A stretch of 25,189 bases of DNA from Candidatus Heimdallarchaeota archaeon (GTDB taxonomy: Archaea > Asgardarchaeota > Heimdallarchaeia > JABLTI01): positions 1-25,189 of the forward strand of contig DXJV01000102.1 of assembly GCA_019056785.1 (NCBI GenBank), written 5' to 3'. The notes below the pieces were generated by a model. The model was not told the origin of the DNA and made no database searches. It was given only the letters and a program-made list of their open reading frames with translations. Both the position numbers and the translations under genes were made by a program. Shown here piece after piece: positions 1 through 8,172 of the stretch (positions are counted from its first letter, which is position 1; every line of letters starts with the position of its first letter).

Positions 1-12
1 TTGTGATGTTTT

Positions 13-288
13 ATGCCCTACAAAAGAATTGTTGTTGAAGTCATTTCCCAAAAAGGCACTTGCGCAGCTGGTCATAAAATCGGGGATAGAATTATTTTCG
101 AAGAGGGTGAAGTTAAAGGTAAGCTCTGCCTTTCTGCGATGTATTCTATGCTTCCAAAAATCTACGCAATGACTTATGAAGCCAACTTTCCTTGGTTGAA
201 AAACAAAGACGAGGCCACTCATGCTTGCCCTGACGGTTACAATCCTGTTATCTTTAAAATTACTCGAGAAAAATTCTCTCCTGATTAA
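13..288 (+). CDS. TIGR04076-family small Cys-containing protein, function unknown
   Basis: 91-aa ORF with GTCAAGHKIGD, LCLSAMYS and ACPDGYNPVIFKI, the C-x-x-G-H / C / C-P-D pattern I recall for this family. Confidence 0.85.
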   Translation: MPYKRIVVEVISQKGTCAAGHKIGDRIIFEEGEVKGKLCLSAMYSMLPKIYAMTYEANFPWLKNKDEATHACPDGYNPVIFKITREKFSPD

Positions 289-473
289 ATGACTCTTCTA
301 ATGTTATTTTTTTTCACTCATTGATAATAGGGAATCCACCAAGGTGGCATTTTTTATAGCTAGTCACAGAAAGCATTATCGCCCATCGTTTTTGTTGACA
401 AAAGTCAAGGGGAGAAGGTGCAGTGATTGATTGTTTTGAATGAATTAGCTCTTCAATAACAAATGATGAACTC

Positions 474-505
474 GGTACTTTTATAGAAAGGTACTTTTAT
501 AGAAA
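474..505. repeat. Perfect 16-bp tandem duplication (GGTACTTTTATAGAAA x2) upstream of the 548 gene
   Basis: 474-489 and 490-505 are identical; each copy contains a TATA-like TTTTATA. Confidence 0.9.
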
Positions 506-547
506 AATATTTAAAATTAAACAAGGAAAAAATAAGTAAGAAAAGGA

Positions 548-1395
548 GTGATTTTTTTGAAAACAAAGATAACGACACTACTTATGATGTTTTGCATACT
601 AGGAATGAGCTCTCGCTCTTTATTGGAGACGTCTTCTTTTGGTGGGACAGATACTATCAATGATTTTAGTGGCTTTTTACCTTACGCGGATTCGAATCTA
701 GTTACGACTATACTAAATAAGACGATGATATCTATGACTTATGATAATCAACCAGGCAATTATGAATGGGAGACTGTTTACTTTGGATTCGGTGAAAATA
801 AACTCTATTATGATTTAATTTACTTCTTGAATTAGACTATCTGTATACTGGAAGCCTATTAAAACAGTTCACGTTTGCTCTTGGTAGTTTTTATTTTGAG
901 AATGGAACTTTTGACGAAGCAACACCGAAAGGGTATCTAAGGCTTTGTGCTTTTGATTGTTGGGATGCTTGGGATGCCCATGGAGGTAAATATTGTATAA
1001 GTGCTAATCCTGATAACCAAGGATTTGATATTATTGAAACAACTTATGGAACGCTTCCCTCTTCAGCATCACTTCAATATATTGTTACCAGAATTAATGG
1101 CATTCTTAAACTGCAAATTATAAAAAAAGGGATAATCCAAATAGAGCATCAATGGACAACCGGTGTAGCAAGACCTCTAAATTACCTGTTAATCGCTTTA
1201 GCTGTAGATCCAAGTTACTGCACATTCACTAATGTTAAATTTACTTCATTAAACGTTGAGCTAAAATACTGGGATATTATTACAAGAACTATTACAACAA
1301 CAATTTTTGGCTTACCGGGCTACATAATTGGCATCATAATGAGCGTTAGTTTTGGAGTGATGGTCATAACTAAAAAATTGAGAGAAAAAGCCTAA
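548..1395 (+). pseudogene. Frameshifted secreted protein with C-terminal membrane anchor (about 282 aa if repaired)
   Basis: ORF 548-835 has a hydrophobic N-terminus. A second frame with no early start codon is open from 814 to TAA at 1393-1395 (FNLLLELDYLYTGSLL...CWDAWDAHGGKYC...GLPGYIIGIIMSVSFGVMVITKKLREKA). Adding one T at GATTTAAT (812-819) fuses the two frames. Confidence 0.7.
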
Positions 1396-1535
1396 AGCGT
1401 CATTCTCTCTCTTTTTCTTTCTAAAGCTTAAATTTTTTTTAACTAAGCTATTGCTTTGAAAAGAACCGGTAGAAGACCAATGTGAGGAAGTATCATTCTT
1501 CTATTTTTACTTTTCCTCTATTCAACACCTCTCTC

Positions 1536-1549
1536 CGAAAATTTATAAA
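1536..1549 (+). promoter_or_regulatory. Archaeal BRE + TATA box for the SCP2-adh-aor operon
   Basis: CGAAAA directly followed by TTTATAAA, about 45 bp upstream of the first gene; AGGAG at 1584-1588. Confidence 0.55.
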
Positions 1550-1591
1550 TTCAAAGGTTATTCAATAGATAATCAATTGTAACAGGAGTTA

Positions 1592-2017
1592 GTGTTTAAT
1601 TTGGTTGTGAATTTTCCTAGTAAAGAATGGCTAATAAAGTATCAAGAGGCCTTAAATGGCGAAGCCGGCAAGGCTTGGCAAGAAGCTGCGAAGGATTGGG
1701 AAGGCGATTTTTTGTTTGTCATTGAAGCAGATGATAAACTTGAGAAAGACTTGACCTTCTATATTGACCTCTGGCATGGCGAATGTCGTCGGGTTGAATT
1801 TATTGAAGACCCAGCAAAAGCCCCTCAGACAGAATTCCAATATCGTGGGAAATACTCCAATTGGGTCGATTTAATTCACGGGAAGATTGATCCTATCAAA
1901 GGAATTCTTATGAGAAAATTCAAACTGGTTGGTAATAAGGCCAAAGTTTTACGAGCTGCAAAAGCAGCACAAGAACTAGTGAATACCGCACAAAAGATTG
2001 AGAGTGTGTTCCTTTAG
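1592..2017 (+). CDS. SCP2 sterol-carrier / lipid-binding domain protein (start may be 1601 or 1607)
   Basis: FPSKEW, A.DWEGDFLF, YIDLWHGEC and GKIDPIKGILMRKFKLVGN, typical of stand-alone prokaryotic SCP2 domains. Confidence 0.85.
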   Translation: MFNLVVNFPSKEWLIKYQEALNGEAGKAWQEAAKDWEGDFLFVIEADDKLEKDLTFYIDLWHGECRRVEFIEDPAKAPQTEFQYRGKYSNWVDLIHGKIDPIKGILMRKFKLVGNKAKVLRAAKAAQELVNTAQKIESVFL

Positions 2018-2058
2018 CATCCCTCTTTTTTCTTTTCTACCCTCAGGAGAATTAGCTC

Positions 2059-3210
2059 ATGTGGTATTTTTGTTCTCCACGTAAGATTGCCTTTGGTGAA
2101 GAAGCACTCGAAGCTTTACGCGAAGTTCATGCAAAAAAGGCTTTAGTTGTAACAGATACTACACTTCTACAACTGGGAACCATCCAACCTGTTCTCGATT
2201 TATTAAAAGAGGAAGATATTCCTTTTGTAATTTTCTCAGCCATTCAACCTGAACCGGCAATTCCCCCTTCTCGCGAGGGAGCGAAATTGGCTGAACAAGA
2301 AGATGTTGATTTAATCATTGCTGTTGGAGGTGGCTCAGTGATAGATGGCGCAAAAGCAATTTGGGTTTTTTATGAGAATCCAGATTTGGATATTGCAGAG
2401 GTGTTTCCCGAAGACCCTTTAGTCTTACGGCAAAAAGCCGGTTTTGTCGCCATCCCAACGACCAGTGGCACGGGCTCTGATGCTAACTGGGCGATAGTTA
2501 TTAAGAACCCTGAGACCAAGCAAAAATTAAGCCTTGCTCATCGCGAATTAATTCCTGATTTAGCTATTGTTGACCCGCAATTTACTAAGGCGCTTCCATT
2601 AAGCTTGACTGCTGCCACGGCCTTTGATGCTCTTACTCATGCTATCGAAGCCTTTACTGTTGAATGGCGCAACGATTTTAGCGATGGTCTTGCATTGCAG
2701 GCGCTCAAATTGATCTTTGAATTTTTACCACAAGTGATGGCTGACAAGGATAATATGGTTGCACGTGAGAAATTGCATAATGCTGCAACAATGGCAGGAC
2801 TCGCTTTTGGCAATAGTCAGATTGGAGGCGTTCATGCCTTAGCCCATTCTCTCGGAGCGGTTCTTTCACTCCCCCATGCACAAGTAGTAGCTGTAGTATT
2901 ACCACATATGATGCGCTATTGCTTATCAGAACCTATTATTGAACAACGCTATGCAGAAATTGCCTATACCCTACAATTGGTAAATACCCTCGATGCAAAG
3001 GGTGCCCATACACTTATTGATAAGATTGAAGAATTCCGGAAGTCTTTTGACTTGAAAACGAAGCTATCAGATTTCGGGGTGACAAAAAGTCTTCTCGAGG
3101 AAAAAATGCCTTTGATCATTGAATTTGCTCTGAATGATACCGGTTCGCTTGTTAATCCTAAAGAACTAAACAAGGAAATTATTCGTACCCTCTGTTATAC
3201 CATGTTTTAG
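2059..3210 (+). CDS. adh: Iron-containing (type III) alcohol dehydrogenase
   Basis: GGGSVID, PTTSGTGS, DALTHAIE, HALAHSLG and the distal His metal ligand; SD AGGAG upstream. Confidence 0.95.
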   Translation: MWYFCSPRKIAFGEEALEALREVHAKKALVVTDTTLLQLGTIQPVLDLLKEEDIPFVIFSAIQPEPAIPPSREGAKLAEQEDVDLIIAVGGGSVIDGAKAIWVFYENPDLDIAEVFPEDPLVLRQKAGFVAIPTTSGTGSDANWAIVIKNPETKQKLSLAHRELIPDLAIVDPQFTKALPLSLTAATAFDALTHAIEAFTVEWRNDFSDGLALQALKLIFEFLPQVMADKDNMVAREKLHNAATMAGLAFGNSQIGGVHALAHSLGAVLSLPHAQVVAVVLPHMMRYCLSEPIIEQRYAEIAYTLQLVNTLDAKGAHTLIDKIEEFRKSFDLKTKLSDFGVTKSLLEEKMPLIIEFALNDTGSLVNPKELNKEIIRTLCYTMF

Positions 3211-3228
3211 GAAGAGGAGGATTTACCA

Positions 3229-5070
3229 TTGGTTGGAATTCGTGGAAAGCTGCTAAAAGTTAACCTTACAACACAAGAAATTACGACAGAACCATTGCCC
3301 CTCGAGATTGTTCAAAAGTTCTCCGGCGGGAGTGGTTTGGGGGCGTATCTTTACTATCAATTTATTAAAAACCGCGAGGTTATCCCTGAAGCCTTCGCTT
3401 CTGAGAACCCCCTTTATTTTCTCACCGGTGTTCTTACAGGCTTGCCCGCCTATTGCACTTCGCGTTCGACTTTTTGCTCTCGTTCTCCTCTAACAAACAT
3501 TTGGGGGGAGTCTAATGTTGGCGGGAAAATTGGCCCAGCATTGAAATTTGCTGGTTTTGATGGAGTGATTATAACAGGAGCCGCTACAGAACCAACTATT
3601 TTAGTAATTGATGATGGGAAGGCAAGGTTATTACCAGCAAAGACTTACTGGGGAAAAGGAACATACGAGGTACAAAAACAACTTAGTAAGGATTTCAAGG
3701 GAAAAAAAATTGAAGTTGCAGTCATCGGGCCGGCAGGTGAAAACCTAGTTAAGTATGCTTGTATCATGACTGGCAATGGCCGAACAGCTGGGAGAACAGG
3801 CTTGGGCGCAGTTTTGGGTTCGAAAAACTTGAAAGCAATTGTGATTAAGGGAACTAACACGACCTTCGACCTCCCAAGTGATTTTAAAGAGGTAAGTAAG
3901 CAAGGACTTGAGGAGTGTCGAGACGGCTTCAGCTTTGAATTGTTGCAAGAATTTGGCACTGCAGGAAATGTTGATGTGGCTCTAGAGATGTATGGTGATA
4001 TGCCAATCAAAAATTGGTCCGAAGGAACAATAGAGAATGCTGGCGATCTCTCAGGAATAACTATGGCAGAAACAATCCTTGTCGGGAAAAAAGCGTGTTA
4101 TCGCTGCCCCATTGCTTGTGGTCGGGAGATTGAAATTCCAACCGGTCCCTATAAACTCCCCAGAATTGATGGGCCCGAGTATGAGACCTGTGCCAGCTTC
4201 GGAACAAATCTTGGTATTACTGATTTAGAAGTCGTTGCTTATGCTAATGTGAGGGCAAATGACCTTGGGATGGACACTATTTCTGCAGGTGAAACAATTG
4301 CTGTTCTCTTTGATCTTGTGGAAAAAGGTGTCATTCCAAAAAAGGTTCTTCCGGCAAACTGTAAATGCACATTTGGTGATGACAGCTCACTAATCACCCT
4401 CCTCGAGGTAATTGCTAAGAGAGAAGGTATAGGTGATGTTCTGGCTGAAGGATCCAAATTTTTGGCTGAGAAATATAAGCAAGCCGAACTTGCTGCTCAA
4501 GTTAATGGTTTAGAAGCCCCATATCATGACCCTCGTGCCTTTAGTGGTATGGCATTAATGTACGTAACAAGCCCAAGAGGAGCATGCCATCTGAATGGTG
4601 ATGCTTATCTTACCCAGCAAGGACAATACTTCCCGGAGATTGGCGTTGAAGGCATCCCAGATGACCGCTTTGCTAATGAGGGGATCGTCAAGGCGCTAAC
4701 AAACCTCCAAAGCTACAGACAAGTATACAATGCAATTGGCATTTGTCAATTCTATAACCCCACAGCAACAACCATTGCACAATTACTCTCTCTGGCACAA
4801 GCACAAAAGATTTCGCCAGAAGAATTGATTATCTTGGGAGACAGGTTGTTTGCGCTCAAGCGTCTTATCAACCTCAAACTCGGCTGGAACCCAAGAAACG
4901 AACGCCTCCCAAGGGTCATGCTCCAGAAACTCACCGGCCCAACAGACGGCCATGTTCCTGATGTACAATACCAGCTTAAAGAATGGTACTCATACCGCAA
5001 TTATGACCAGGAGACAGGGCGACCAAACAAAGAAAAATTAGAAGAATTAGGATTGTTAGAAATTTTATAA
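3229..5070 (+). CDS. aor: Tungsten-dependent aldehyde:ferredoxin oxidoreductase family protein
   Basis: GRTGLGAVLGSKNLKAI, CYRCPIAC (4Fe-4S), EYET, DLGMDTIS, PRGACHL; TTG start after GAGGAGG. Confidence 0.95.
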   Translation: MVGIRGKLLKVNLTTQEITTEPLPLEIVQKFSGGSGLGAYLYYQFIKNREVIPEAFASENPLYFLTGVLTGLPAYCTSRSTFCSRSPLTNIWGESNVGGKIGPALKFAGFDGVIITGAATEPTILVIDDGKARLLPAKTYWGKGTYEVQKQLSKDFKGKKIEVAVIGPAGENLVKYACIMTGNGRTAGRTGLGAVLGSKNLKAIVIKGTNTTFDLPSDFKEVSKQGLEECRDGFSFELLQEFGTAGNVDVALEMYGDMPIKNWSEGTIENAGDLSGITMAETILVGKKACYRCPIACGREIEIPTGPYKLPRIDGPEYETCASFGTNLGITDLEVVAYANVRANDLGMDTISAGETIAVLFDLVEKGVIPKKVLPANCKCTFGDDSSLITLLEVIAKREGIGDVLAEGSKFLAEKYKQAELAAQVNGLEAPYHDPRAFSGMALMYVTSPRGACHLNGDAYLTQQGQYFPEIGVEGIPDDRFANEGIVKALTNLQSYRQVYNAIGICQFYNPTATTIAQLLSLAQAQKISPEELIILGDRLFALKRLINLKLGWNPRNERLPRVMLQKLTGPTDGHVPDVQYQLKEWYSYRNYDQETGRPNKEKLEELGLLEIL

Positions 5071-5113
5071 AAAAAGAGAGAGAAATAATAACCACAACGG
5101 TTATTATTTTTTT
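5070..5113. terminator. Probable bidirectional terminator between convergent aor and the pilin-like gene
   Basis: Perfect 11-bp stem AAATAATAACC (5083-5093), loop ACAAC, GGTTATTATTT (5099-5109). T-run to 5113 on the + strand and CTCTCTCTTTTTT on the - strand. Confidence 0.7.
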
Positions 5114-5116
5114 ATT

Positions 5117-7912
5117 TTAAGAAGTTATTTTGATTTTTTGTGGTTCGGTAGTAGTTGTGATCATTTGGTCCAAGGCAGGATTTGCATCTAGTAATAGCAT
5201 TTTAGAAACATCTAGATCGACTGGTTTGGTTCTAGTACCATTGAAAAGTTCAGACCAATGATAACTACTATCATAAGTTACTCTGAAACGATAGTTCGTA
5301 TTGCTTAGCACACCATTAAATTGGGCATAGCCTGAAGCATTGGTTAGTGCACTTAAACCCGCATAGGCTCCACCTTCGGTGAAAAGGTAGATTCTGTAAT
5401 TGACGAGGGGAGTTCCCGCATCATTTGCATAGCAAAAGACTGTTCCACCGATATTCACTACGTGGGTATAGACTGGCAAGGAGCCGTTGAAAGTGGTCGA
5501 CCAGAATTGTCCGCCAGCGTAATCGATTCTGAATTTGTAATTTGTATTTCTAAGTACTCCATTGAAACGGGCATGTCCGGTTGCATTTGTTCGAGCTGAA
5601 AGACCTGAGTAGGAACCCCAGGAGGTGAAGAGATAGACACGAACATTGTTAAGTGGATTATTCTCGGTGCCATAAACCACCTGACAATAAACAATGCCAC
5701 CAATATTCATCTCATGGACATAGATTGGAAGAGAACCATTGAAGGTAGTGGACCAGTATTGTCCTCCTGCGTAATCCACGCGGAACTTGTAGTTTGTTGT
5801 TGAAAGTACGCCGTTAAATCGAGCATAACCTGATGCATTAGTTCGAGCTGACAGACCTGTATAGGAACCCCAGGAGGTGAAGAGGTAAACCCTTACATTT
5901 GCCAAGGGACTGTCATCTGGTCCATAGACAACATGGCCGTAAACTATACCACCGATATTGATCTCGACCACTAAGCCATCCACTGAACCGTTGAAGAGTG
6001 TTGACCAATATTGTGAGCCCGCATAATCTACTCTGAAACGATAATTGGTATTACTTAGGACACCATTGAAACGGGCATAGCCGGTTGCATTCGTCCGGGC
6101 TGACAGACCAGTATAGGAGCTCCACGAGGTGAAGAGATAGACACGAACATTAGCTAATGTTTCATTTTCGGGTCCATAGACCACATAGGCATAAACAGTT
6201 CCACCAATGTTAATATCGACTACCAAACCATCCACAGAGCCATTGAAGAGTGTTGACCAGAATTGTCCGCCTGCATAATCGACGCGGAACTTGTAGTCTG
6301 TATTTCTTAAGACACCATTGAAGCGTGCATAGCCAGTTTGGTTTGTTCGTGCTGATAGGCCTGTGTAGGAACCCCAGGAGGTGAAGAGATAAACACGGAC
6401 ATTGGCTATAGGATTGTTGTCGGAACCATAAACAACGTGGGCAAAAACTTGACCGCCGATATTAATGGTAACAATCGTTGTAGCATTTTCACCTGTGAAT
6501 TCGTTGCTCCAGATACGACTGCCTGCATAGTCGACACGGAATTTGAAGTAAGTACTTCGGGCAACAGGGTTAAAGAGCGCATAGCCGGTTGCATTCGTTC
6601 TAGCTGACAAACCAGTATAGGAACCCGCAGCGGTAAATAAGTAGACTCGTACATTTGCCAGCGGGGTTTCAGCAGCACCATAGACAACATGGGCATAAAC
6701 TTTTCCACCGATATAAATGTTAATTACAGCACCATCTGCGGCGCCAAAGATCTCGCTCCAGCTTCGTGCACCACCATAATCCACTCGGAAACGATATGCA
6801 CCTTCTGAGAGGGTAAAGGCAGCATAGCCGGTTTGGTTCGTTCTTCTACTAATACCGAGGTAAGAACCAGTTGAGCTGAAGAGATATACTCTGAAATTAA
6901 ATTGTCCGACATTGTCACTATCGATAACTCGCGCATAAACAGTTCCACCACCGATGTTAATAGTGGTTTCATTTACAGTCGGATAGTCAACCAGTGGACT
7001 GCTGTAATTCAAACCTAAATAGAAGACTTTGAAAACATAAGTGCCAGGATTAATTGTTAAGAATGCGTCACCATTTGCATTGGTTTGTGCATGTTCTCCA
7101 ATATATCTTCCGAAGGGATCAAAACCATAAACGGTTAAACCTTCAAGACCACCAGAGCTACCGATAACGTGGACTGTCATCATTGGTCCTCCTCCTCCAA
7201 CTCGAACAGTAACTGTTGAGATTTGCGGGTGGAAGAAGGTTTCAGACCAATAGGTGAACCCCTGGTAGCTAACTTTGACTTTGTATTCACCTATTTTCAA
7301 GTAGGCAAGTACTTGGCCGCTACTGGGGGTTGTTTGTGTTGGTTTCCCAACAAAAGCATCATTAGCATAATAATAATCGACAGCTGCACCTGCAACTGGA
7401 TTGGAATCTTGATCAATTACATGGACAGTAACTGCTGGCCCGGGGATTGCTTCTCCGGCAACGAAGGATTTAGTTTCTGATTTCGAACCATAGGTCACTT
7501 TTATGGTATATGATTGTCCTTCGACAAGCTCACCCGAGGAACTCCAAGCGGAGATTACCACATCACCATCACTATTTTCACCGATGAGTGAGGCGCCTGC
7601 TCTCGTGTATACCCATTGATAAGTTTCTGTTTCACTAAGAATAACATAATCAAATTTTGACATGTTTGCGGCACCGGTGCCATAGGTCGTCACAACAACG
7701 ATGTTAACTTTCAGCGCGTCTATTTTGCCATTATGATCATAATCTTTGAAATCACTAACAGAGGTGATTCCAAATTCAATTTTATTGTCATTTTTCAACA
7801 TTGGAATTACGACAAAATAAACGATTGCTGCAGCAGAAACTGTGAGTGCAACTAGTAAGAGAGTAGCAACAACTGGACTAACTGCTTTTTTATTTCTAAA
7901 TAATCGTCTCAA
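5117..7912 (-). CDS. Giant archaeal type IV pilin-signal protein with nine tandem beta-rich repeats (putative adhesin / minor pilin)
   Basis: MRRLFRNKKA|VSPVVATLLLVALTV is a class III signal peptide. It is followed by a ~120-aa domain with DYDHNGKID and nine repeats resembling carboxypeptidase-regulatory / prealbumin-like modules. Many N-x-S/T sequons; no C-terminal TM. Confidence 0.85.
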   Translation of the reverse strand: MRRLFRNKKAVSPVVATLLLVALTVSAAAIVYFVVIPMLKNDNKIEFGITSVSDFKDYDHNGKIDALKVNIVVVTTYGTGAANMSKFDYVILSETETYQWVYTRAGASLIGENSDGDVVISAWSSSGELVEGQSYTIKVTYGSKSETKSFVAGEAIPGPAVTVHVIDQDSNPVAGAAVDYYYANDAFVGKPTQTTPSSGQVLAYLKIGEYKVKVSYQGFTYWSETFFHPQISTVTVRVGGGGPMMTVHVIGSSGGLEGLTVYGFDPFGRYIGEHAQTNANGDAFLTINPGTYVFKVFYLGLNYSSPLVDYPTVNETTINIGGGTVYARVIDSDNVGQFNFRVYLFSSTGSYLGISRRTNQTGYAAFTLSEGAYRFRVDYGGARSWSEIFGAADGAVINIYIGGKVYAHVVYGAAETPLANVRVYLFTAAGSYTGLSARTNATGYALFNPVARSTYFKFRVDYAGSRIWSNEFTGENATTIVTINIGGQVFAHVVYGSDNNPIANVRVYLFTSWGSYTGLSARTNQTGYARFNGVLRNTDYKFRVDYAGGQFWSTLFNGSVDGLVVDINIGGTVYAYVVYGPENETLANVRVYLFTSWSSYTGLSARTNATGYARFNGVLSNTNYRFRVDYAGSQYWSTLFNGSVDGLVVEINIGGIVYGHVVYGPDDSPLANVRVYLFTSWGSYTGLSARTNASGYARFNGVLSTTNYKFRVDYAGGQYWSTTFNGSLPIYVHEMNIGGIVYCQVVYGTENNPLNNVRVYLFTSWGSYSGLSARTNATGHARFNGVLRNTNYKFRIDYAGGQFWSTTFNGSLPVYTHVVNIGGTVFCYANDAGTPLVNYRIYLFTEGGAYAGLSALTNASGYAQFNGVLSNTNYRFRVTYDSSYHWSELFNGTRTKPVDLDVSKMLLLDANPALDQMITTTTEPQKIKITS
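5204..7438 (-). repeat. Intragenic tandem array of nine ~80-84-aa units; core period 252 bp
   Basis: Equivalent positions at 5621, 5873, 6125, 6377 and 6629 are exactly 252 bp apart. Consensus about GxVYAHVVYG...PLANVRVYLFTSWGSYTGLSARTNATGYARFNGVL.NTNYKFRVDYAGGQ.WST.FNGS...INIG; the three N-terminal units are more diverged. Confidence 0.95.
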
Positions 7913-7975
7913 TTAAATTCCCACCATTAAGTACTGGACTAACTTTTTGCCTTATCTCACTTAAGAATTATTTTT

Positions 7976-8086
7976 GCGGCAAAGAAATGTTACTCCACCT
8001 TCAATTATTAATACTACGACCGAAAAATCCGCAGATATAGCGAAAATATCCGCAATAAATATGTTTTCAGGCACTTTTTTTGCCGC
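7976..8086. promoter_or_regulatory. Divergent control region with flanking inverted repeats and internal direct repeats
   Basis: GCGGCAAAGAAA (7976-7987) and TTTTTTTGCCGC (8075-8086) form an 11/12 inverted match; CGAAAAATCCGCA (8021-8033) and CGAAAATATCCGCA (8041-8054) lie inside. Confidence 0.45.
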
Positions 8087-8172
8087 TATCGTAAAAGTTA
8101 ATCTATTAAAAAACATTGGTTGGATAGCACAAAAATTTTGAGTGAATAACAATTTTTGATAGGCGAAAAACC

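Noticed and set aside
812-835. Programmed -1 ribosomal frameshift
   Set aside because: No canonical slippery heptamer or evident stimulatory structure; a single-base deletion is simpler
5204-6706. 252-bp repeats as a CRISPR array or DGR template/variable repeat
   Set aside because: The repeats are in-frame coding units without spacers; differences are largely synonymous and not adenine-restricted; no cas or reverse transcriptase gene is in the window
7961-8152. 63-aa ORF in the adhesin intergenic region
   Set aside because: TTG start, no motif or SD, and it covers the space needed for two divergent promoters
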